From contig NZ_CP042905.2 of the NCBI RefSeq assembly GCF_008000775.2, forward strand, positions 1,890,001-1,922,000: a DNA stretch of 32,000 bases. The letters are read 5' to 3'. The stretch's first letter is position 1, and the number at the start of each line of letters is the position of its first letter. Positions 25,091 to 32,000 of the stretch are shown here, piece by piece. The notes under the pieces were generated by a model. It was not told the origin of the DNA. It searched no databases and was given only the letters and a program-made list of their open reading frames with translations. This DNA is from Promethearchaeum syntrophicum (GTDB lineage: Archaea > Asgardarchaeota > Lokiarchaeia > Sigyniarchaeales > Promethearchaeaceae). The position numbers and the translations under genes are program-made.

Positions 25091-26587
25091 ATGGTAAATA
25101 ATCTCTTGACTTTGGTTCCTTTCCTAATAGTATTTGTAATGGCGATAATTTTAATTGGGTCTCCATTGAAAATAAAAACTAAATCTATGTTAGCTTTTTG
25201 TAGTCTGTTTTTAGCATTAATTTTTATTTTTATCTTGCTCAACTTTATAATAATCGAACGACGACAGACAATTTATTCAAATCTGCAAAATATTCAACTC
25301 TATTTAGAATTTTCTAAGTCACATTTCTCATATTTGATTCAAGGTGTTACATTATGTATCTCTCTTGTAATTTATTTTAGATTTCACCAAAGAATACGTC
25401 AAATCCATTCAAAGGAATTTTTTATCAGTTTTTATTTAATATTTACTGGATCAATAATGGGACTTTTTGTATCTGAAAATCTATTAGTAATTTCTTCATT
25501 TTTTATACTCGCTTCCATTTCTTTAGAATTTCTAATTTATTTTGATACAATTGAAAAAAGGATATCAAAATTCAACCTTATTCTAATCTCAATATTCTCT
25601 GGAATCTTAGTTTTAACCAATATTTATGTCCAAATTACTTTTAGATCATTAGATCTAAATATTTTAATTCAAGAGGTAAGTAACAGTTCCATTTTTACAC
25701 AAATAATTATTTTCCTCGGTTATTTCTTTGGGATTGGAGGTTTGTGTATATTATTTCCGCTCTCCAATCTTAAGTTACAAAATATTTACAGGAAATCAAA
25801 TCCGATTCATCTATTCTTGATGAGTTCTATATTTATTCCGACAGTTAGCTTAATATTAATGAAGATTTCATTGATATTTTCATTTAATAATCATGCCATC
25901 GCCCATATTTTTTTTGTAATGGGGTGTATTGGAATTAGTTTTTCTAGTATTCAATTAATTATTGAAATTTTTGGTTTAAACAGATCATCCAATCAATCAA
26001 TCAAGAATTTTATTGGGCTCTTATCTGCAATTGAATTCAATATATTTTTAATGTTTGGAGGTTTGGTTCGACTTCCAATTATAATCGATGATATTCTATA
26101 TATTCATAGATCAATTACCATTTTCTTCATTTTATCAGTGATCACAAAATCAATTTTAATTGAAATTCTTCAACCAAAAGAAAGTATAGATTCAAAAATT
26201 GAATGGAATTTTGAAAGTCTAAGAGGAAAATTTTACCATAAGATTTTTTTTGCCCTTATAATGTTAGTTATTCCTTTATTTTATGCTTTTCCAGGATTTT
26301 TAGGTTTTGATTTCTTTTTACTTCTTTTTGATTCAATTAATTTTGAAACGCCTTATTCATCACTATATTTTGCAGAATTTTGGGTTATAATAATTCTGAT
26401 TATATTTTTCGAATGTATCCTAATGATTTTAATAAGTAATGTAATTTTCAAAACCTATTTTCAGAAATCAAATCAAGTTGAAGGAACTACTCAGAAAATA
26501 ATGAAGTTTAAAAAAATTACATTTGTTATACCAGTTATTTTGATAATTTACAATTTGATTGCGATCATTTTAAATATGGGTTTATAA
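25091..26587 (+). CDS. Polytopic membrane protein (about 14 TM), possibly a highly divergent NuoL/M/N-MrpA/D antiporter-like subunit
   Basis: By eye, ENLLVISSFFILASISLEFLIYF resembles the D/N-LL..F...E..S...Y.L block. GIGGLCILFPLSNLKLQNIYRKSNPIHLFLMSSIFI resembles G..GKSAQFPLH.WLPDA...PTPVSALIHAATMV, but several canonical charged residues are replaced. Confidence 0.4.
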   Translation: MVNNLLTLVPFLIVFVMAIILIGSPLKIKTKSMLAFCSLFLALIFIFILLNFIIIERRQTIYSNLQNIQLYLEFSKSHFSYLIQGVTLCISLVIYFRFHQRIRQIHSKEFFISFYLIFTGSIMGLFVSENLLVISSFFILASISLEFLIYFDTIEKRISKFNLILISIFSGILVLTNIYVQITFRSLDLNILIQEVSNSSIFTQIIIFLGYFFGIGGLCILFPLSNLKLQNIYRKSNPIHLFLMSSIFIPTVSLILMKISLIFSFNNHAIAHIFFVMGCIGISFSSIQLIIEIFGLNRSSNQSIKNFIGLLSAIEFNIFLMFGGLVRLPIIIDDILYIHRSITIFFILSVITKSILIEILQPKESIDSKIEWNFESLRGKFYHKIFFALIMLVIPLFYAFPGFLGFDFFLLLFDSINFETPYSSLYFAEFWVIIILIIFFECILMILISNVIFKTYFQKSNQVEGTTQKIMKFKKITFVIPVILIIYNLIAIILNMGL

Positions 26588-26665
26588 TTATCTTAATTTG
26601 GAAATTGCGTAGTTTTTTCAAGTTTTATTAATTCTATTTAATACTTAACAAAAAAAGGGAACACA

Positions 26666-28114
26666 ATGTTTGGAACGTGCGGTATTCGTAAAATATATTC
26701 TAGCTATGATAAATCTGAAAGAACTTTTACTCCGTCTATAGCTTTGCGACTTGGATTGGCCTTGGGAACAGTACTTGGTAAGGATAAGAATAAAACAGTT
26801 GTAATAGGTAGGGATGTTAGAAAACCTAGTTTAGCAATTCAACTCGCGCTTACAAGCGGATTGATGTCAAGTGGATGTAAAGTTTTTACTATCAATGTTG
26901 TTTCAACCCCAACATTATGCATGTCGATAGATTATTTGAATGCAGACTGCGGTGTAATGATTACTGCTTCACATAATCCTCCTGAATATATCGGTATTAA
27001 GCTTTTTAACAAAGGCGGTCTGGGTTTTAGTCCAGAACAAGAACAGGAAGTTGAAAAGATTTATCAAAATCGAGCATTCAACTCCAAGGCATGGAATGAG
27101 CAAGGTTCTGTTGCCGAAGTTCAAAGAATAAATAATACTCATATTCGGAAAATACTACGTTTAACTAAATATGAAAATCACGCAATAAGAAATCGTAAAT
27201 ACATCATAGATCCTGGGAATGGATCGGCTTCAATTATCGGACCTATGCTAATCAATAACATGGGATTAAGATATATTACCTTAAATTCTCAACCGGACGG
27301 AACATTCCCTGGAAGATTATCGGAACCTAGTAAAAAAAACCTATTTGATTTATGTAAATTTATTAAACTCTCCAATGATGTTGACGTCGGTATCGCTTTT
27401 GATGGAGACGCTGATAGGGTTGTGTTTGTTAATGAAAATGGTGTTATCGTTGAGCCGATACGTGTGTTGACATTTTTAGCTAGGGAATATATTCAGAAAA
27501 ATTTTCCAGATAAAACTTCACGAAAAAACTTATCGGTAGTCACACCAGTAAATTCTTCTGGGGTTATCGAGCACATTTTGGAACCTATGGGTGTTCAAGT
27601 CCACAGAACTAAAGTGGGCGATATTAATGTTTCCATTGCTATGCAAAAATTCGGATCATTTTTGGGTGGGGAGAATTGTGGGGTTTATATTTGGCCAGAA
27701 TTTGCGGGACATCAAGGACCCGATACTTTAATGGCGATTGCGATATTGCTTCAGTTCTTGGGAAAATATGAAAAAAGTTTCAGTGAATTATTTGAAGATA
27801 TTCCGATATTTCCTTATATCCAACGGGAGCTTCATTTGGTTCACGACCGAATATTTGGGGATGAAGATTACAGAAAATTTGCTGAATTAATTATTCCAGA
27901 GTTAGAAAAAGCAGGTTATCATAATTTTCGTAAGAATTTAATCGATGGACTTCATATTCGATTTGATGAGGGCTGGGTTTTAGTTAGAAAATCTGGAACA
28001 ACTCCAATAATGAGATTAACGGGAGAATCCAAAACAAATCTTAGCGAAACCGAGAAAATCATTAAAATTGCGCAAGAAGTAATCTCAAGTTTAATTGAGA
28101 TTAAAAAACAATAG
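26666..28114 (+). CDS. Alpha-D-phosphohexomutase (phosphoglucosamine mutase / phosphomanno-/phosphoglucomutase type)
   Basis: Active-site loop ITASHNPPEYIGIK, metal loop GIAFDGDADRV, sugar loop GGENCG and phosphate loop RKSGTTPIMRL. Confidence 0.9.
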   Translation: MFGTCGIRKIYSSYDKSERTFTPSIALRLGLALGTVLGKDKNKTVVIGRDVRKPSLAIQLALTSGLMSSGCKVFTINVVSTPTLCMSIDYLNADCGVMITASHNPPEYIGIKLFNKGGLGFSPEQEQEVEKIYQNRAFNSKAWNEQGSVAEVQRINNTHIRKILRLTKYENHAIRNRKYIIDPGNGSASIIGPMLINNMGLRYITLNSQPDGTFPGRLSEPSKKNLFDLCKFIKLSNDVDVGIAFDGDADRVVFVNENGVIVEPIRVLTFLAREYIQKNFPDKTSRKNLSVVTPVNSSGVIEHILEPMGVQVHRTKVGDINVSIAMQKFGSFLGGENCGVYIWPEFAGHQGPDTLMAIAILLQFLGKYEKSFSELFEDIPIFPYIQRELHLVHDRIFGDEDYRKFAELIIPELEKAGYHNFRKNLIDGLHIRFDEGWVLVRKSGTTPIMRLTGESKTNLSETEKIIKIAQEVISSLIEIKKQ

Positions 28115-28145
28115 AAAAAAATACCTCAAGAATCCTATGCTTGAT

Positions 28146-28460
28146 TTAAATCTTTGGGTCTGGATCTCGTGCACCTAATAGTACGAGATTTTCAAGGCAT
28201 TTTATTCCACGGATTCCCCCCGCTTCAATAAAAAGAGAATCATTTCTATGTAATTCAAAGGTTTCAGTTCCTCGTGTAAATATCCCAGATCCCTCAATTA
28301 CAAGGAAAAATGTTGCATTAGGTTCAGTATGTGGGTCAATTTCTAATCCTTTGGGCAAACAAACTCTAACTATGTTAAAATTTGGTGATGAAATTATTTT
28401 TTTCATTACAGGTTTACCGGTTGAGAAATTGGTATCAGAAAGATAGGAAAATACATCCAT
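28146..28460 (-). CDS. Small single-domain cupin protein, copy 1
   Basis: Cupin-like LPKGLEIDPHTEPNATFFLVIEGSG...LFIEAGGIRGIKCLENLVLL. 78/104 residues are identical to copy 2 by hand alignment. Confidence 0.65.
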   Translation of the reverse strand: MDVFSYLSDTNFSTGKPVMKKIISSPNFNIVRVCLPKGLEIDPHTEPNATFFLVIEGSGIFTRGTETFELHRNDSLFIEAGGIRGIKCLENLVLLGARDPDPKI

Positions 28461-28617
28461 GATATTTTAAATTTCAATCCTTTTTATTTGAAGTTATTCC
28501 GAATGAATTCTAATCAGAATTTGAAATGAACTTAACATCTATAAGCAAAATATTATCTCGAGTTAAATAAAGATAAAAAATGATTAGAGAAATTCTATCA
28601 AGAATATATTTAATGAT

Positions 28618-28932
28618 TTATAACATCGGATCAAGATCTCTAGCACCCAAAAGCACAAGATTTTCAAGACATTTTATTCCACGAATTTCTCCCGCCTTTA
28701 CAAATAGGGAATCATGTTTATTCATTTCAAAGGTATCATTCCCTATTGTAAAAATTCCAGATCCTTCTATTACAAGGAAAAATATTGCATTTGGTTCTGG
28801 GTGCGGTGAAATTTCTAACCCTTTGGGCAAAATAATTCTAACTATATTAAAATTAGGGGAGAAAAATATGTTTTTTAATTCAGGTTGACCAGTTGAGAAA
28901 TTTAAATCAGATAGAAAGGAAAATACATCCAT
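28618..28932 (-). CDS. Small single-domain cupin protein, copy 2
   Basis: LPKGLEISPHPEPNAIFFLVIEGSG...LFVKAGEIRGIKCLENLVLL. Tandem paralog of copy 1. Confidence 0.65.
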   Translation of the reverse strand: MDVFSFLSDLNFSTGQPELKNIFFSPNFNIVRIILPKGLEISPHPEPNAIFFLVIEGSGIFTIGNDTFEMNKHDSLFVKAGEIRGIKCLENLVLLGARDLDPML

Positions 28933-28977
28933 AAAATAATTAATATATACCTTTTTATTTGAAATTATACCAAATGG

Positions 28978-29685
28978 TTATTTTGGAATCTTCTTTCTGA
29001 TTCGCTGTTTGTATGAAAGATTCTTCTTTCCGGTCTTCTTTTGAGATTTTTTTGGAGATTGTGAAAAATCGGTAATAATTTTCAGATAGTTTTCAGCAAT
29101 CGGTTGGACCTTATTAGATTTGACTGCTTCATTCCATCTTTTTATGAAAATTGCATCTCGAATGATATTCTCTAAGGTTAATTTTCCAACAATCATCCAT
29201 CTAGCGTTATCAATTACTGGACTGGATTTTTTAATTCCAGGACAAAATTCCATAGCTTTGGCTGCGTAATTAATGGTTACATTCATTTTTTCCATTTGGT
29301 CTTTATGAGGGATGGAATGGAAATGGAAAGGAAATGTTCTGCAAATATCTGGACGTGCCTTGTAAATTTTGCATTTTTTATTTTTATCTAAGAAAATACA
29401 AGATCCTTCATCATTTTTTCGTAATCCCAGAAAAGCTTGTCCATTTTGAGTTTCAATATGTGGAAGAACCATTTTTTCTTTCTGTTCATCTGTAATTGGT
29501 TCATCAAAAATATAAAATCCAACAATGTCCAACAATCCCTGGAAATCTAATTTTTTTTCCCATTGGATCCTCAAAATATCACTATATGTTAAATTTACTA
29601 TTGTATTTTTATCTGAGCAACAATTTCCGCACTGAATACATTTGAAATGATATGGAGGCTGAAGATCAATTTCACCATTTTCCAT
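28978..29685 (-). CDS. YkgJ/UPF0153-family CxxCxxCC cysteine-cluster (Zn/Fe-S) protein with Lys-rich tail
   Basis: FKCIQCGNCCSD motif near the N-terminus. Later CKIYKARPDICRTFPF is typical of the family. K-rich C-terminus. Confidence 0.7.
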   Translation of the reverse strand: MENGEIDLQPPYHFKCIQCGNCCSDKNTIVNLTYSDILRIQWEKKLDFQGLLDIVGFYIFDEPITDEQKEKMVLPHIETQNGQAFLGLRKNDEGSCIFLDKNKKCKIYKARPDICRTFPFHFHSIPHKDQMEKMNVTINYAAKAMEFCPGIKKSSPVIDNARWMIVGKLTLENIIRDAIFIKRWNEAVKSNKVQPIAENYLKIITDFSQSPKKSQKKTGKKNLSYKQRIRKKIPK

Positions 29686-29688
29686 GTT

Positions 29689-29715
29689 GTTTTAAATGTT
29701 TTAAATGTTTTAAAT
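29689..29715. promoter_or_regulatory. Three perfect tandem copies of GTTTTAAAT (TATA-box-like) in the 41-bp divergent spacer
   Basis: gttttaaat gttttaaat gttttaaat read directly. TTTAAAT resembles archaeal TATA boxes. The copies lie 20-45 nt from the start codons on both sides. Confidence 0.45.
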
Positions 29716-29726
29716 GATAATTTAAT

Positions 29727-30422
29727 TTGAGAATGTTTGACGAAATCGCCTCTGATTGGGCTAAAAAAAGATCAAGAGAATGGAAACCTTTTGTAGTAAT
29801 TCTTGAACCTAGGATAGAAAAATGGGGTCACTATTTTACGAATGAGAGGGATTTTCCCTTTATTTTTATTGATTTAGGATGCGGTTCAGGTAGACATTCA
29901 GATTTTTTTCAAAATCATTGCAAGAAACTAATAGATTTAGATGAATCACGCGAAATGCTTAAAAAAAACCGTTCTAAATCGATTAAAATTCAAGCTCAAA
30001 TGGATTCTCTTCCCTTTAGAAACTCTTCTTTTGATGGAATTTTCTCAATAGCCTCACTGCATCATCTAAGAAGTTTAAAAGAACGTCATAATACGATAAT
30101 GGAGATAAATAGGATTGGGAGAAGAAATGCCCTTGTTTCTATAACAGTTTGGCGGTTTTATCAAAAAAAATTTCTAAAACAGTTTTTGGAACAATTAAAC
30201 AACTCCTTTGATATAAAGGATAATTCTGAGATAGGAGATGTAATTGTTCCATGGATTGTGTCCCAAAAAGGAGGAGAAAAGAAAATTGAACGTTTTTACC
30301 ATCTCTTTAGAGTTGTAGAATTCAGACGATTGATGTCTAAATTTGAGAAAATACATAAATCCACAATGGGAAAAGGAAAAAAAAAAGATAATTTTATTTT
30401 TATAGGTAGAATAGCTAAATAA
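29727..30422 (+). CDS. Trm9/ALKBH8-type class I SAM-dependent tRNA methyltransferase
   Basis: Blocks matching my memory of yeast Trm9: FDEIASDWAKKRSREWKPF, motif I IDLGCGSGRH, LPFRNSSFDGIFSIASLHHL, ITVWRF, DVIVPW, RFYHLFRVVEF, DNFIFIG. The start is probably ATG 29733. Confidence 0.75.
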   Translation: MRMFDEIASDWAKKRSREWKPFVVILEPRIEKWGHYFTNERDFPFIFIDLGCGSGRHSDFFQNHCKKLIDLDESREMLKKNRSKSIKIQAQMDSLPFRNSSFDGIFSIASLHHLRSLKERHNTIMEINRIGRRNALVSITVWRFYQKKFLKQFLEQLNNSFDIKDNSEIGDVIVPWIVSQKGGEKKIERFYHLFRVVEFRRLMSKFEKIHKSTMGKGKKKDNFIFIGRIAK

Positions 30423-30428
30423 TTAACT

Positions 30429-30941
30429 CTAATTTGCGTGACATTGGATGGAGTTAATAAAATTCAATATTGCTTCTTTATAATAATCAAATGCATTTGC
30501 TAAACAATTTGCATGAATATGGAACAACCTTTGAGTTAGTTCACAAAAGAAGGTTGCATGAATAACTTTTGATACAAAATATCGTCTTCTATTCATCTGC
30601 TGCCTGTTTCCGTACCAGATTGTCATTTCATGGGATAAATGCCATAGACTTTTCTCTATCTTAGATGTTGTGACATTAATCAAAGCATAATTTTGAATAG
30701 ACTCGTTAACTATCTTCCCAAGGTGAAAATGACTGGCTTCTAACTTTTTCCATTCAATTGTAATATCTGAATCAGCTCCCCACACATCATCTGAAATTTG
30801 AACGGATTTAAATTCGATTCTACCCTCGTCAAGATTTCCCTCCTTTTTAATAAATTTTTTATCACTTGAATAGATATTTGAAATTTTATTAATTACAATC
30901 TGGTTTTCTATATTTAGATATTTCCAATTCTTTTGGAGCAT
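30429..30941 (-). CDS. Hypothetical protein (170 aa)
   Basis: ORF only. His/Trp-rich, with no motif recognised. Confidence 0.4.
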   Translation of the reverse strand: MLQKNWKYLNIENQIVINKISNIYSSDKKFIKKEGNLDEGRIEFKSVQISDDVWGADSDITIEWKKLEASHFHLGKIVNESIQNYALINVTTSKIEKSLWHLSHEMTIWYGNRQQMNRRRYFVSKVIHATFFCELTQRLFHIHANCLANAFDYYKEAILNFINSIQCHAN

Positions 30942-31037
30942 AATTTATTCTTTACGTCCGTAAATAAAAACATTTTACGCTTCTGATTAAAATTCAGAAA
31001 TGAAAAATTTTTTTTTAAATGGAGTTTTCAAGATGAC

Positions 31038-31517
31038 ATGAACCGAATTATTCGCTTTAGTTTAAAGGAAGTCAAAAAATCGGGTTTAAATATTAAATTG
31101 CTCAAATTCAATAATGTAAAAGTTGATGTGAGAAGAAAAACCGAAAAACCAGCAAATATTGAACTCCTTAAAAAAATGAAGTTAGATCCTTTACCTATAG
31201 GTGGTCAAAAGAAGCCTAAAAAAGTAAAATCAACTAAATCTGCTAAAATTGAAACAGAAGTAAAGGAAATAAAAGAAAAAACAGATGACAAACCCGTTAG
31301 TAAAGAAATAGCTAAATCAGTTCCAAAAAAATCAAAAATATCTAATTTAGAAGATTTAGAAGGAATGGAGCCAAAATATTTGAAAAAATTAACTGATTTA
31401 GGAATTGATTCTCCTTCGAAGATTATGGATGAAGATTTTAAGGAACTTGCTAAATTAATTAGATCAACTCAAAAATTAATTAAAAGTTGGCGAGCTCAAA
31501 TTACTGGGGAAGAATAA
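31038..31517 (+). CDS. Lys-rich protein with C-terminal helix-hairpin-helix-like (DUF4332-like) motif
   Basis: K-rich low-complexity centre. The C-terminus LEDLEGMEPKYLKKLTDLGIDSPSKIMDEDF resembles an HhH (L..I.Gh.....L...GI.t...h). Confidence 0.45.
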   Translation: MNRIIRFSLKEVKKSGLNIKLLKFNNVKVDVRRKTEKPANIELLKKMKLDPLPIGGQKKPKKVKSTKSAKIETEVKEIKEKTDDKPVSKEIAKSVPKKSKISNLEDLEGMEPKYLKKLTDLGIDSPSKIMDEDFKELAKLIRSTQKLIKSWRAQITGEE

Positions 31518-31519
31518 GC

Positions 31520-31987
31520 TTAATTGGCAATTTCTGCCAATGGAGATTTTATAATATCTATTTTTTTCAGTTTTTTTAGAATTTCAGCTACTTTTTCATG
31601 TGGGATATTTGTTTTTTCTGAAATCTGAAGAGGAGATAATGATCCTCTGCAAATATTAGCAATTGATAAGTCTTCTTCGGAAATTATTTCCATCTTAAGT
31701 AATTTTTCCAAAGTTGAGTCACTCACAATTAATTTTGGTCGATTTTCTGCGATTCTTCCGTCTCGAGTTAGCATTTCGATTTCAATAATAAATGAATTAA
31801 AAATTTCTTTTTTATTCGTTTGTAAGAATTTATCTATATCCATACTATGTTTTTGCCAAAATCTCCTACCCAATGTATCTAAAACCGATAATATTTTTTC
31901 CTTAATATCATCAACATCAGATAAGCAGCATAATAAGATTTTTGCTGGATGGTAATAGTGAATTATTATACTAAATTTATCGATCAT
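31520..31987 (-). CDS. Hypothetical protein with C-terminal winged-HTH-like domain; the N-terminus may extend beyond the window
   Basis: ICRGSLSPLQISEKTNIPHEKVAEILKKLKKIDIIK looks like a wHTH. There is no in-frame stop between ATG 31987 and the window end, so the true start is uncertain. Confidence 0.45.
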   Translation of the reverse strand: MIDKFSIIIHYYHPAKILLCCLSDVDDIKEKILSVLDTLGRRFWQKHSMDIDKFLQTNKKEIFNSFIIEIEMLTRDGRIAENRPKLIVSDSTLEKLLKMEIISEEDLSIANICRGSLSPLQISEKTNIPHEKVAEILKKLKKIDIIKSPLAEIAN

Positions 31988-32000
31988 TAAAATGCGGGAA

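Noticed and set aside
24972-25242. Two short minus-strand ORFs (24972..25166, 25054..25242) across the junction of the two membrane-protein genes
   Set aside because: They are antisense to hydrophobic plus-strand ORFs and bridge a short spacer. No motif was recognised, so they are most likely spurious.
28580-28888. 102-aa plus-strand ORF overlapping cupin copy 2
   Set aside because: It is antisense to a cupin ORF that has a conserved paralog 472 bp away. The antisense frame is not conserved at copy 1.
29696-29722. Three in-phase mini-ORFs (ATG TTT TAA repeated) created by the 9-bp repeat
   Set aside because: They are a by-product of the repeat sequence: two-codon ORFs with no ribosome-binding context. 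The promoter interpretation is more parsimonious.

Overview
AT-rich (about 27-33% GC in the 60-nt stretches I hand-counted), gene-dense chromosomal window that looks archaeal. Markers: archaeal/eukaryotic-type IleRS, an Nre-family repair protein, a geranylgeranyl-reductase-family flavoprotein, oligo-T tracts after genes and TATA-like AT boxes. A Lokiarchaeia-like Asgard origin would fit but is only a guess. I found no rRNA, tRNA or CRISPR array.

Confident housekeeping calls: ileS, purD, an OGG1-type 8-oxoG glycosylase, a phosphohexomutase and a Trm9-like tRNA methyltransferase.

Left end: a truncated integrase-like ORF, then a four-gene sugar or amino-sugar cluster (PfkB kinase, amidohydrolase, GPH symporter, double-SIS isomerase/deglycase). 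The symporter is visibly more GC-rich than its surroundings.

Most interesting region, about 12.6-19.9 kb:
- an unannotated RHH gene that needs a non-canonical start codon
- a 47-bp direct repeat in the divergent spacer
- nreA with a C-terminal PIP-like box
- two adjacent ParB/sulfiredoxin-fold paralogs (stop codon directly followed by the next ATG)
- a convergent pair of Zn-ribbon proteins; by eye one has longin/roadblock-like modules and the other a folliculin/DENN-like core

Other oddities: a Lys-rich roughly 55-aa insertion after the KMSKS loop of IleRS, a tandem cupin gene-plus-promoter duplication, a 3 x 9-bp TATA-like array in a 41-bp divergent spacer, an A19 tract at the 3' end of ogg, and a degenerate stand-alone NuoN/MrpD-like membrane protein.

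All family assignments are by-eye motif recognition. None has been checked by a database search.
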